A stretch of DNA of 64,000 nucleotides. It comes from Candidatus Omnitrophota bacterium (GTDB lineage Bacteria > Omnitrophota > Gorgyraeia > Tantalellales > Tantalellaceae). The notes beneath the pieces are model-generated. The model saw only the letters and a list, made by a program, of their open reading frames with translations. It did no database searches and was not told where the DNA came from. Of the stretch, positions 1 through 8,830 are shown one piece after another. The translations under genes were made by a program, and so were the position numbers. Numbering within the stretch: position 1 is the stretch's first letter; every line of letters begins with the position of its first letter. The stretch lies in contig JADGBR010000001.1 of NCBI GenBank assembly GCA_015231405.1, positions 91,964 through 155,963 of the forward strand. The letters are read 5' to 3'.

Positions 1-1
1 G

Positions 2-430
2 AGGCCGGGCGTCGCTGCCCAGGCCCTCGGCATAGCTCAGAGAGCACTGGATGAGGCGGTCGCTTATACGCACGAAAGACGTCAGTTCGGACAGGCAATA
101 TCCTCTTTCCAGGGCGTCCAGTTCATGCTCGCGGATATGGCTACCAGCATTGAAGCGTCCAGAGGGCTTATTTATTCGGCTGCGCGGATGATCGATTCCG
201 GGGCGAAGAATATCGCGAAGGTCTCGGCAATGTGTAAACTTTATGCTTCCGATGTGGCGATGAGGGTGACGACTGATGCGGTACAGCTTTTCGGAGGTTA
301 CGGCTACATGAAAGAATATCCCGTCGAGAAGCTCATGAGGGACGCGAAAATAACTCAGATATACGAAGGAACGAACCAGATACAGCGCGGTGTTATCGCG
401 TCGGCCTTAATTAAGGAAGGATTAGCATAG
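2..430 (+). CDS. acyl-CoA dehydrogenase, C-terminal part (5-prime end cut by window edge)
   Basis: Open frame runs from position 2 with no upstream stop. Translation ...[23 protein letters not shown]...[34 protein letters not shown] is the typical ACAD C-terminal helical domain. Directly upstream of etfBA. Confidence 0.8.
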   Translation, partial: RPGVAAQALGIAQRALDEAVAYTHERRQFGQAISSFQGVQFMLADMATSIEASRGLIYSAARMIDSGAKNIAKVSAMCKLYASDVAMRVTTDAVQLFGGYGYMKEYPVEKLMRDAKITQIYEGTNQIQRGVIASALIKEGLA

Positions 431-432
431 AG

Positions 433-540
433 GTGATGGGTTAAGAGTGATGGGTGATGGGCTAAGGTTTTCGCAATACATAAACTCCTCACCCATCACT
501 AATAGTTGACTGAATTGTTATGTCACCCATCACCAATGAG
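433..540. repeat. heptamer-periodic array GTGATGG x3-5, then two reverse-complement CCATCAC copies 20-50 nt downstream
   Basis: 433-467 reads gtgatgg gttaaga gtgatgg gtgatgg gctaagg. CCATCAC occurs at 493-499 and 527-533. Intergenic between acd and etfB. Confidence 0.7.
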
Positions 541-550
541 TGAACTTAAA

Positions 551-1339
551 ATGAACATAATCGTACTTATCAAACAAGTTCCCGAGACTACGGACGTTAA
601 GATCGACCCTGTGACTAATACCCTGAAGCGCGAAGGGGTGCAGTCGATAATTAATCCTTTTGACGTGTATGCCATAGAAGAGGGTATACGGTTAAGGGAA
701 AGAGCCGGCGCGGGAAAGGTGACGGTCATAACTATGGGGCCGCCGCAGGCTTTGGAGGCCCTTAGAGAGGCCGTTTCAATGGGCTGCGATGATGCTATCC
801 TTCTCTCCGACAGGAAATTCGCGGGTAGCGATACATGGGCCACAAGTTACACTCTTTCGAAAGCCATTAAAAAGCTTGGCAAATTCGATGTCATTATTTG
901 CGGAAAACAGGCTTCCGACGGAGATACCGCTCAAGTAGGGCCGGGTGTTTCTACTCATCTGGACATCCCGCAGGTAACTTACGTAAAGAAGATCGAGGAG
1001 ATAACCATAGAAAAAGCCCGCGTCGAAAGGATGACGGAGGAAGGATACGATATAATGGAAACTCCTTTACCGGCGCTTTTTACGGTCGTTAAAGAAATTA
1101 ACGTCCCCAGGCTTCCGTCTTTGAAAGGCAAGATGCGCGCGAAAAAAATAGAGATACCGGTATGGACGGCCGAATCGCTCGAATGCGACGGGAAAAAAAT
1201 TGGGCTGGACGGGTCTCCTACCAGGGTCATGAAAGTATTCACGCCGGCGCCCAGGGAAGGCGGGGAAATGTTATCAGGCGAGCCGGAAGAAGTGGCGAAG
1301 AAACTTGTCGGTTTGCTGAGGGATGCCGTTTTAGGATAA
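551..1339 (+). CDS. etfB: electron transfer flavoprotein beta subunit
   Basis: Starts MNIIVLIKQVPET, typical of the EtfB N-terminus, and matches the family over its length. The 6-frame ORF begins at a TTG at 506; ATG 536 or 551 is more plausible. Confidence 0.85.
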   Translation: MNIIVLIKQVPETTDVKIDPVTNTLKREGVQSIINPFDVYAIEEGIRLRERAGAGKVTVITMGPPQALEALREAVSMGCDDAILLSDRKFAGSDTWATSYTLSKAIKKLGKFDVIICGKQASDGDTAQVGPGVSTHLDIPQVTYVKKIEEITIEKARVERMTEEGYDIMETPLPALFTVVKEINVPRLPSLKGKMRAKKIEIPVWTAESLECDGKKIGLDGSPTRVMKVFTPAPREGGEMLSGEPEEVAKKLVGLLRDAVLG

Positions 1340-1369
1340 CGGATCAAGAGGAAAGTGAAATGTCCGGGA

Positions 1370-2571
1370 AAGAGCCTATACAAGTAATATTGGAAAAATG
1401 CGTAGGGTGCACCCTTTGCGTTAAGGTATGTCCTTTCGCCGCGATAACGATGTCGGGGAAGAAAGCTGCCATAGATCTCAACAAATGCACTCTTTGTGGA
1501 GCATGCCGTGAAGCCTGTAAATTCACCGCCATCGTCATAGAGAAAAAAGAAGAGAAGAAGAACGACCTTTCGGTATATAGGGACGTATGGGTCTTCGCCG
1601 AGCAGAAACAAGGCGTTATTCAATCTATTTCTTTCGAACTTCTGGGGAAAGGAAGAGAATTGGCCGATAAGCTCGGTGTTAATCTTTCAGCGGTGCTTCT
1701 CGGCGACGGGACCGAAAAAGCTGCGCGTGATCTCGTCGAGCGAGGCGCCGATAAAGTTTATGTCGTTGACTCTCCGAAATTAGGCGCGTATCTGGATGAC
1801 CCTTATACGAAAATATTGACGGCGCTCGTGAATAAATATAAACCGGAGGTCGTGCTTTGCGGAGCGACTGTAATTGGCCGGAGCCTTATTTCCAGGGTAG
1901 CTGTCCTTACGAACGCCGGGCTTACGGCGGATTGTACAGGGCTCGATATCGACCAGAAAGAAAGGCTGCTTCTGCAGACCAGACCCGCTTTCGGCGGCAA
2001 TATCATGGCTACCATCATCACGCCGAACACCAGACCCCAGATGGCTACCGTGCGGCACAAGGTCATGACCGAGGCCGTGGCTGTACCCGCGAGGAAAGGG
2101 GAGATAATTAAAGAGACTTTTTCCGACGATATGTATCTCTCGCGGACGAAGCTCATAGACATGGTGCGCGAAATAGAAGAGACTGTGAACCTTGCCGAAG
2201 CGAATATAATCGTTTCAGGCGGACGCGGCCTGGGCGCGAAAGAAAATTTCGACATGATCAGGGAACTCGCATTAACCCTTAACGCGGCCGTAGGGGCCTC
2301 GAGATCTGCGGTTGACGCCGACTGGATACCGTATTCACATCAGGTAGGGCAGACGGGTAAGACAGTTTGTCCGAAACTATATATCGCCTGCGGCATCAGC
2401 GGGCAGATACAACATTTGATAGGTATGAAATCATCGGAAATAATCGTAGCGATAAATAAAGATCCGGAAGCGCCAATTTTTAAAGTGGCGACATACGGCA
2501 TCGTCGGTGATGTTTTCAAGATAGTTCCGAAGCTCACGCAGTATTTCAAAGAGACCCTGCATAAATCGTAG
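1370..2571 (+). CDS. etfA: electron transfer flavoprotein alpha subunit with N-terminal 2x[4Fe-4S] ferredoxin domain
   Basis: ATG at 1370 follows RBS GAGGAAAG, 30 nt after the etfB stop. Two CxxCxxCxxxCP motifs (CVGCTLCVKVCP, CTLCGACREACK) precede an EtfA/FixB fold with an FAD-binding C-terminus. The 6-frame ORF start at 1162 overlaps etfB and is rejected. Confidence 0.85.
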
Positions 2572-2591
2572 AGGCGGGGTTACCCCGCCTC
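2571..2591 (+). terminator. hairpin GAGGCGGGG-tta-CCCCGCCTC after the etfA stop; weak T tract
   Basis: Perfect 9-bp GC-rich stem with a 3-nt loop overlapping the etfA stop. The downstream sequence tacagctgcatttctcc is only modestly T-rich. Confidence 0.35.
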
Positions 2592-2696
2592 TACAGCTGC
2601 ATTTCTCCTAACTCTAGTGTTTTTGCCTTATACCCCATATATTGTATCCAGCTGAATAATTGGCACCAATCAGAGTATACCCACTTGTTGAAAAAC

Positions 2697-2725
2697 TTGA
2701 CAAAAGTGAGAAAATATTGGATAAT
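2697..2725 (+). promoter_or_regulatory. sigma70-like promoter upstream of smc (TTGACA-17-GATAAT)
   Basis: TTGACA at 2697-2702, 17-nt spacer, GATAAT at 2720-2725, about 70 nt upstream of the smc ATG in an AT-rich spacer. Confidence 0.5.
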
Positions 2726-2794
2726 GTTGCCTGTTCCGATAATAAAACGTTGTAATTATACTTTTAATGCATGCATTAACGAGGGAGATTATAG

Positions 2795-5700
2795 ATGTAT
2801 TTTAAGCAACTTCAGATCGTCGGGTTCAAATCTTTCCTGAACAAAACTACGTTAAAATTCGATAAGGGAATAACTGCAGTCGTAGGCCCGAATGGCTGCG
2901 GCAAAAGCAATATCGTTGACTCAATGAAATGGGTGCTTGGCGAGCAATCCACTAAATCGATGAGAAGTTCGTCGATGCAGGATGTCATATTCAACGGCAC
3001 CGATAAATTCGAACCCGTCAACGTGGCGGAAGTATCGGTTACATTGTCGAACGAGAATAATATTCTTCCCGTTGATTACAACGAAGTGACCATAACAAGA
3101 AGGCTTTTCCGTTCAGGCGAGAGCGAATACCTGATAAACAAAACGCCCGTAAGGCTCCTGGACGTGAGGAATATCCTTCTCGGCACAGGGATAGGAACAA
3201 GTTCTTATTCGGTGATAGAGCAGGGAAAAATTGACATGATCCTCAGCTCGAAGCCCGAGGAACGCAGACATGTATTCGAGGAGGCCAGCGGGATAACGAA
3301 ATATAAAACGAGAAAGCATGAAGCGATGCTTAAGCTCGAGAGGACCCATGAAAATCTTTTAAGGCTGAACGATATCATCCGTGAAGTTGAAAGACAGATA
3401 AGGTCCATAGAGCGCCAGGCCAGGAAAGCGGACCGTTTCAGGGCCGTGTTCGACGAATTGAAAACTCTGGAGCTGAAGATAGGGACCGTGAATATCAGGG
3501 AGCTTGACGAGACCGGGGCGAAGATCGGTACCGAGACGGATGAAAGCAATGTTATTCTGGAGAACCTCAAGGCCGAGATCAAAAGGGTAGGCGACGAAAT
3601 ATCTCATGACAGGAACGAATACAACGCGCTCATGGAGATCCTTCAGGAAGCCCAATCGGAGACTGTTCGTATCGGGTCCGCCATAGACAAGAACAAACAT
3701 ATCATCAAGATCAACGAGGAAAGGGCAGAGGAGCTGGCTAAGTATGTCCAGAGGCTTGAATGGGAAGTTGAGGAGTCTCAAGGTAGAAAGGACTCGTTGA
3801 AGAACAGGATAGACGCGTTGGAGATAAAGCTTAGCGAGGTAAGCGAGCGCAGGAAAAAGAAGGAAGAGGAAAGAAAAGCCGTAGATGAAAGCATCCAGGG
3901 TATAACGAGGAGCATGGAGGCGAAGGCTGTTGAGTTGAAAGCCCTTCGCGACAGGTCTTTGGACATCATGAGCCATGAGACGAACCTGAGGAACGAGCTG
4001 ATCAAAACGCGCGCCGATATACACAACGCCTCCTCAAGGGAGAAGAGGCTTGAGGCCGAGACGCGGTCGATAGAACTAGAGCTCGAGAAATATACCGACA
4101 GGATGAAGGTTTCTGACGACGAGCTTGGATACGCGCGGGAAGAACTCGAGAATACAAAGGCGCGGTCCGAGTCGATCCACAACGAATATGCCGTTAAGGA
4201 AAGCCAGCTTTCCGGGGCCAGAAATATGAAATTCCAGAAGGAAAGCGGTCTCCACCAGATAAGGCCTAAGATAGAGTTCCTGGAAAAATTGATAGCGGAA
4301 AGGGAAGGGATGTCCGATAGCATCAAGGATCTGATGAGGGCCGTCGAGGAACGAAAAGATATGTTCCCCGGGGTACACGGGATACTTTCAGAGCTTATCA
4401 ACGTAAAGGAAGGGTATGCCGAGACGGTCGAGTCCGTGCTGGGTGATTTTTCACAGGCAATAGTCGTAAATAATCGCGGAGATCTTGGACAGCTGGTTTC
4501 TTTGGCGTCAGAGAAGAACATGGGCAGCGTCAGTTTCGTTGTTCTCGACGAGGTACGGAACATGGAAAGTGACCAGTTGAACGTCGAGGGATGCGAGGGG
4601 ATAAGGCCGTGTAGGGGTGTCATAGGGACACATAACGAGTATTTCGAGCCTTTGACAATGCTTTTTAATAATATTCTCGTATCTTCAGGATCACATGAGG
4701 CTTGGACTTTCCTTGAGGAAAAAAAATTCGCGGGAAGGATACTCTGCGAAAAAGGAGAGATATTCGAGAAAGGAAGACACAGGACAAGGAACCATTCTTT
4801 CAAGGAAGTTTATTCCCTTTTCGGAAGGAGAGAGAAATTGGAAGAGCTTATTTTGATGGAAGGGAGCATAAGGTCCGAGATCTCCGAAATAGCGAGGAGT
4901 GTTGACGAGCTCACTGGGTGGATAGCCGAAACCCTCCCGGTGAAAGAATCGCTCGAGAAGGATATGAGGGAAAGGCAGATACAGTTCGCGGACCTTTCGT
5001 CAAAAAGGAATTCGATAAAAGAAAGGATCGATATCCTCAGGGAAGAGATCATGGTCGTGGATGTAGAGCGCGGTGAAGTCTCAAGGTCCATTAAAGACAT
5101 GGAGGAGAACGCCTTCAAAATGGATCTTCGGACAAAGGAAATAGAGGAGGAGTCACTCGCGATAGAGGATGCTGTCTCCGGCGCCAACAAGGTCATGCAC
5201 GAGCTCACCTTGGAGAGGGACGCTACCGTCCACCGCTCCAATGAGTGTAAGATAGAGCTTTCAGGCAACGTAAAGGAAGAGGAGCACATAAAGGAGAATC
5301 TGGAAAGGGAAAAACAGGCCTATGGGGGCCTCCTCGAGGATGTTGACAATAAAAAGGAGAATATAACTGAGAGCGGCGAAAGGGTTCTATCCTTAAGGAG
5401 TGAAGCCAGGGACCTTACGGTGAAGAACGAGGAGCTAGAGAAACTGAAGGAAGAGAAAATATTCGAAGGGGCCCAGCGGAAAGCGCAGAAAGACTCACTT
5501 GCCGGGATCCTTGCCGCTAAAGAAAGCGAACTCCGGGAGAAGGAGAACGCGCTGGAATCATTGAGGGACAGGTCAAGGGACCTCGATATAAAAAAGAAAG
5601 AGATAGAATACAAAAAAGAGAATATATGCAGGAAGATACTGGACAATTACAAAGTTGAGCTAGGCTCTTTGCCGGTCGAGATAGAGGAAGGGTTCAACCT

Positions 5701-6391
5701 CGAAGAATCCGAGAACAAGATGGTCGATCTTAAGGGAAAGATCGAGGATATGGGAGAGGTCAGCCTTGGAGCAGTAGAAGAGCACAAACAGCTTGAGGAA
5801 AGGTTCGCTTTCCTGACTAAACAGCGCGACGATCTTGTCCTCTCCAAGGACGACATCATGGAGGCCGTAAGGAAGATCAACGCGACCACAAAAAAGCTAT
5901 TCATGGAGTCGTTCGAGACCATAAAGACGGAGTTTAGCCATTATTTCAAGGTCCTTTTTAATGGAGGTAAGGCGGAGATCCTTCTCGAGGATGAGAACGA
6001 CGTGCTTGAATGCGGGATCGATATTGTCGTTCGTCCTCCAGGAAAAAAACTTCAGAACATCATGCTGCTTTCCGGAGGCGAGAAGGCGATGACGGCTATA
6101 GCTCTCATTTTCGCGCTTTTCAAGGTCAACCCGAGTCCGTTCTGTATTCTCGACGAGATCGACGCTCCGCTTGACGAATCTAATGTGGTGAGGTTCTCAA
6201 AGATACTCAAGGAATTCCTTGAAACGTCGCAGTTCATAATCGTTACGCATAACAGGATGACCATACAATTGGCGGACAGACTTTACGGTATCACGATGGA
6301 GGAAAAGGGCGTTTCGAAGGTCGTGACCGTGAAATTCGCAGACGACCAGAAATTAAATGAGCTCCAGGAAGTCGGGGTAGTCGCATCCTAG
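2795..6391 (+). CDS. smc: chromosome partition protein SMC
   Basis: 1198 aa with Walker A GPNGCGKSN and long coiled coils. Hinge and C-terminal signature LSGGEKAMTAIALIFALF...ILDEIDAPLD. Confidence 0.95.
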   Translation: MYFKQLQIVGFKSFLNKTTLKFDKGITAVVGPNGCGKSNIVDSMKWVLGEQSTKSMRSSSMQDVIFNGTDKFEPVNVAEVSVTLSNENNILPVDYNEVTITRRLFRSGESEYLINKTPVRLLDVRNILLGTGIGTSSYSVIEQGKIDMILSSKPEERRHVFEEASGITKYKTRKHEAMLKLERTHENLLRLNDIIREVERQIRSIERQARKADRFRAVFDELKTLELKIGTVNIRELDETGAKIGTETDESNVILENLKAEIKRVGDEISHDRNEYNALMEILQEAQSETVRIGSAIDKNKHIIKINEERAEELAKYVQRLEWEVEESQGRKDSLKNRIDALEIKLSEVSERRKKKEEERKAVDESIQGITRSMEAKAVELKALRDRSLDIMSHETNLRNELIKTRADIHNASSREKRLEAETRSIELELEKYTDRMKVSDDELGYAREELENTKARSESIHNEYAVKESQLSGARNMKFQKESGLHQIRPKIEFLEKLIAEREGMSDSIKDLMRAVEERKDMFPGVHGILSELINVKEGYAETVESVLGDFSQAIVVNNRGDLGQLVSLASEKNMGSVSFVVLDEVRNMESDQLNVEGCEGIRPCRGVIGTHNEYFEPLTMLFNNILVSSGSHEAWTFLEEKKFAGRILCEKGEIFEKGRHRTRNHSFKEVYSLFGRREKLEELILMEGSIRSEISEIARSVDELTGWIAETLPVKESLEKDMRERQIQFADLSSKRNSIKERIDILREEIMVVDVERGEVSRSIKDMEENAFKMDLRTKEIEEESLAIEDAVSGANKVMHELTLERDATVHRSNECKIELSGNVKEEEHIKENLEREKQAYGGLLEDVDNKKENITESGERVLSLRSEARDLTVKNEELEKLKEEKIFEGAQRKAQKDSLAGILAAKESELREKENALESLRDRSRDLDIKKKEIEYKKENICRKILDNYKVELGSLPVEIEEGFNLEESENKMVDLKGKIEDMGEVSLGAVEEHKQLEERFAFLTKQRDDLVLSKDDIMEAVRKINATTKKLFMESFETIKTEFSHYFKVLFNGGKAEILLEDENDVLECGIDIVVRPPGKKLQNIMLLSGGEKAMTAIALIFALFKVNPSPFCILDEIDAPLDESNVVRFSKILKEFLETSQFIIVTHNRMTIQLADRLYGITMEEKGVSKVVTVKFADDQKLNELQEVGVVAS

Positions 6392-6410
6392 GGGTATACA
6401 GGACCTCTCG

Positions 6411-6902
6411 ATGATAGGAACGTCAGGTCAGGAAAAGAAAGGAGTAATCCAGCTGGCTGATAAGCTATCCGCCGCTAAAATGACCCTTTCGCTCGCCGAA
6501 TCATGTACGGGCGGACTGGTCTCCAGCTTGATAACGAACATTCCCGGGAGCTCTTCCTTTTTTTATGGCGCCTTGATAGCTTATTCCAATATGATCAAAA
6601 CGGGAATGCTGGATGTTCCATCCGAGATCATTGCCTCGAAAGGCGCAGTAAGCGCGCAAACGGCCGAAGCAATGGCGGTCAATACCCGACTCAAATTCGC
6701 CACCGATATTTCCGGAGCGATAACGGGGATAGCCGGGCCCGGCGGAGGATCGGCTGATAAGCCAGTCGGGACCGCTTATATGGCCGTCGCTACCGCGAAA
6801 GGCGTGTTCTCGAAAAGGATAATGTCTTCTGGGACCAGGGAAGAGGTGAAGTGTTCTTTTGCTCAGGAACTGATCTGGTTCCTGAGTGAGAGTATTCGAT
6901 AA
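6411..6902 (+). CDS. CinA C-terminal domain protein (PncC-like nicotinamide-nucleotide amidohydrolase family)
   Basis: 163 aa with LSLAESCTGGL...GITGIAGPGG...GTAYMA, the stand-alone CinA_C domain. Confidence 0.8.
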   Translation: MIGTSGQEKKGVIQLADKLSAAKMTLSLAESCTGGLVSSLITNIPGSSSFFYGALIAYSNMIKTGMLDVPSEIIASKGAVSAQTAEAMAVNTRLKFATDISGAITGIAGPGGGSADKPVGTAYMAVATAKGVFSKRIMSSGTREEVKCSFAQELIWFLSESIR

Positions 6903-6957
6903 CGTAGAACTTGGGACAGAGGATGTGGAACGTGCTTGAAACGTTTCACGACGTAAA
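6901..6957. repeat. degenerate ACGT-containing heptamer-phased spacer (aacgtag...gaacgtg...gacgtaa) with palindrome GAAACGTTTC
   Basis: ACGT cores at 6902, 6930, 6941 and 6951 (atgt at 6923); 6902, 6923 and 6930 are spaced by multiples of 7. Unit gacgtaa is identical to the rpe-locus unit. Weak. Confidence 0.3.
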
Positions 6958-6986
6958 TTATATTGGAATTCGTTACTATCACGAAA

Positions 6987-7571
6987 ATGGCCGACCAGAC
7001 CATACGGGCATTCATAGCCGTTAACATATCCAATACCGCCAAAGATTGTCTGGAGAAAGTACTAACGTCGCTCAAGGCCGCAAATGCCGATGTCAAATGG
7101 TCACGGGCGTCTTCGATACATCTCACTTTGAAATTCCTGGGCGATATTTTTGAGGAGAACGTGGAGCCTGTATGTGACTCGATCAAAACGATAGCGGTTA
7201 AGTTCACGCCTATCGATATGGATATCGCGGATATAGGGGTTTTCCCTTCGTGGAAAGAACCTCGTGTGATATGGGCGGGCGTTTCTTCGCAGGGGAACAA
7301 GATAAAACAGATCGCCGATGCTCTTGAAAAGGCAATGTTCGACCTCGGTTTCGAAAAAGAAAAAAGGGAATTTTCGCCCCATCTCACGCTTGGGAGGGTA
7401 AAGACCGGAACGAACCTGAAAAGACTTGAGGAAATAGCTAAAGGCGTAAAAATCCCCGCCGCCAGGACAAGAGCCGAAAAGGTAATACTCTACAGATCTA
7501 TACTTTCCCCCCATGGTTCGGATCATTTACCCTTAAAAGAGATATTTTTAGGGAAAGAGACACTGGAATAG
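6987..7571 (+). CDS. thpR: RNA 2',3'-cyclic phosphodiesterase / 2'-5' RNA ligase (2H phosphoesterase, LigT/ThpR)
   Basis: Two H-x-T-x motifs (HLTLKFLG and PHLTLGRV) at the spacing expected for the 2H family. The start could be the ATG at 6963 or 6987. Confidence 0.8.
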   Translation: MADQTIRAFIAVNISNTAKDCLEKVLTSLKAANADVKWSRASSIHLTLKFLGDIFEENVEPVCDSIKTIAVKFTPIDMDIADIGVFPSWKEPRVIWAGVSSQGNKIKQIADALEKAMFDLGFEKEKREFSPHLTLGRVKTGTNLKRLEEIAKGVKIPAARTRAEKVILYRSILSPHGSDHLPLKEIFLGKETLE

Positions 7572-7650
7572 GTCCCGCCAAAAATAGATCAAAATAAATT
7601 GAAACATTTTTCCCAAAAACTGTGTCTCCAATATGTGGGGTTAATTTGCT

Positions 7651-7679
7651 TTACAAGGTGTCGTCGTAGTCGGTATAAT
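7651..7679 (+). promoter_or_regulatory. sigma70-like promoter upstream of recA (TTACAA-17-TATAAT)
   Basis: TTACAA at 7651-7656, 17-nt spacer, TATAAT at 7674-7679, 50 nt upstream of the recA ATG. RBS AAGGGAGGGG precedes the ATG. Confidence 0.55.
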
Positions 7680-7728
7680 GAGCCGGTATATAATAATATT
7701 AATTTCTATAAACAAGGGAGGGGTCAAA

Positions 7729-8823
7729 ATGGCCAGGAAAGAAGATATTCTAAAAAAAGACGAAACGGCCAGAAAGGAAGACGCCGTCATCAAAGATGAT
7801 AGCGGAAAGAAACCGGTTTCGGACGAAAAAAATGCCGCCAGGACCAAGGCGCTTGAAGTGGCTATCAGCCAGATAGAGAAAGATTTCGGAGAGGGATCTA
7901 TAATGAAAATGGGCAAAGATTATAAGGTGAATGTTGCCGTGATACCGACCGGTTCTCTTGCCCTCGACGTGGCTCTTGGGGTGTTCGGGGTTCCAAGAGG
8001 CAGGATCGTTGAGATCTTCGGGCCCGAATCCAGCGGAAAAACCACTTTAACTCTGAATATCCTGGCTAATGCCCAGAAAGAAGGGGGGGAAGTAGCTTTC
8101 ATCGACGCTGAACACGCTTTTGACCCGGGCTATGCCAGGAAAATAGGCATTAATCTCGATAATCTCCTGATATCCCAGCCTGATTGCGGAGAGCAGGCGC
8201 TGGAGATAGCGGAAACCCTGATCCGAAGTAACGCCGTGGATGTTGTGGTAGTGGACTCTGTCGCCGCATTAACGCCCAGGAAAGAAATTGAGGGCGATAT
8301 GGGTGACTCCCACGTAGGCCTCCAGGCCCGGCTCATGAGCCAGGCGCTCAGAAAACTTACGGCGGCGGTCGCTAGATCGAAGACCTGTCTTATTTTCATT
8401 AACCAGATAAGGATGAAGATAGGAGTAATGTTCGGGAACCCCGAAACAACTACGGGAGGGAACGCTCTTAAATTTTATTCATCGGTAAGGATAGATCTCC
8501 GTAAGGTGGCTTCTCTGAAAAAAGGCGAGGAAGTCGTAGGGAACAGGGTGAAAGCTAAAGTAGTTAAGAACAAGGTCGCGGCGCCTTTCAGACAGGCCGA
8601 ATTCGATATCATGTTCGACGAGGGTATATCAAGAGCCTCAAGCATCCTGGATGTCGCTGAGGTAAGCGGGGTTATCGGCAAGACCGGGACATGGTTCACT
8701 TTCGGCGAGGAAAAATTAGGCCAGGGAAAGGAAAAGGCCAGGATGTATCTTATAGAGAACCCCAAGGTCCTTAATAAGCTCGAGACTGAGGTCAAGAAAG
8801 CCATAGGGTATAACAGGGGATAG
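7729..8823 (+). CDS. recA: recombinase RecA with about 35-aa Lys/Glu-rich N-terminal extension
   Basis: Walker [10 protein letters not shown]. The canonical RecA N-terminal helix [22 protein letters not shown] begins only at residue ~38, preceded by [40 protein letters not shown]. Confidence 0.95.
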   Translation: MARKEDILKKDETARKEDAVIKDDSGKKPVSDEKNAARTKALEVAISQIEKDFGEGSIMKMGKDYKVNVAVIPTGSLALDVALGVFGVPRGRIVEIFGPESSGKTTLTLNILANAQKEGGEVAFIDAEHAFDPGYARKIGINLDNLLISQPDCGEQALEIAETLIRSNAVDVVVVDSVAALTPRKEIEGDMGDSHVGLQARLMSQALRKLTAAVARSKTCLIFINQIRMKIGVMFGNPETTTGGNALKFYSSVRIDLRKVASLKKGEEVVGNRVKAKVVKNKVAAPFRQAEFDIMFDEGISRASSILDVAEVSGVIGKTGTWFTFGEEKLGQGKEKARMYLIENPKVLNKLETEVKKAIGYNRG

Positions 8824-8830
8824 CGCTCAA

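Noticed and set aside
1162-1369. N-terminal 69-aa extension of the etfA ORF overlapping etfB
   Set aside because: It overlaps etfB in another frame. ATG 1370 has a good RBS and begins exactly at the ferredoxin domain.
2571-2591. 21-nt palindrome GAGGCGGGGTTACCCCGCCTC as a member of the heptamer family (3 x 7 nt)
   Set aside because: Single palindrome without tandem unit repetition. More simply a terminator-like hairpin.
3778-4803. 341-aa minus-strand ORF (and neighbours 3359-4024, 4810-5289, 5320-5922) inside smc
   Set aside because: Antisense frames of a long Glu/Lys/Leu-rich coiled-coil gene. Ser/Leu/Phe-rich low-complexity translation, no RBS or domain. The + strand SMC call is unambiguous.
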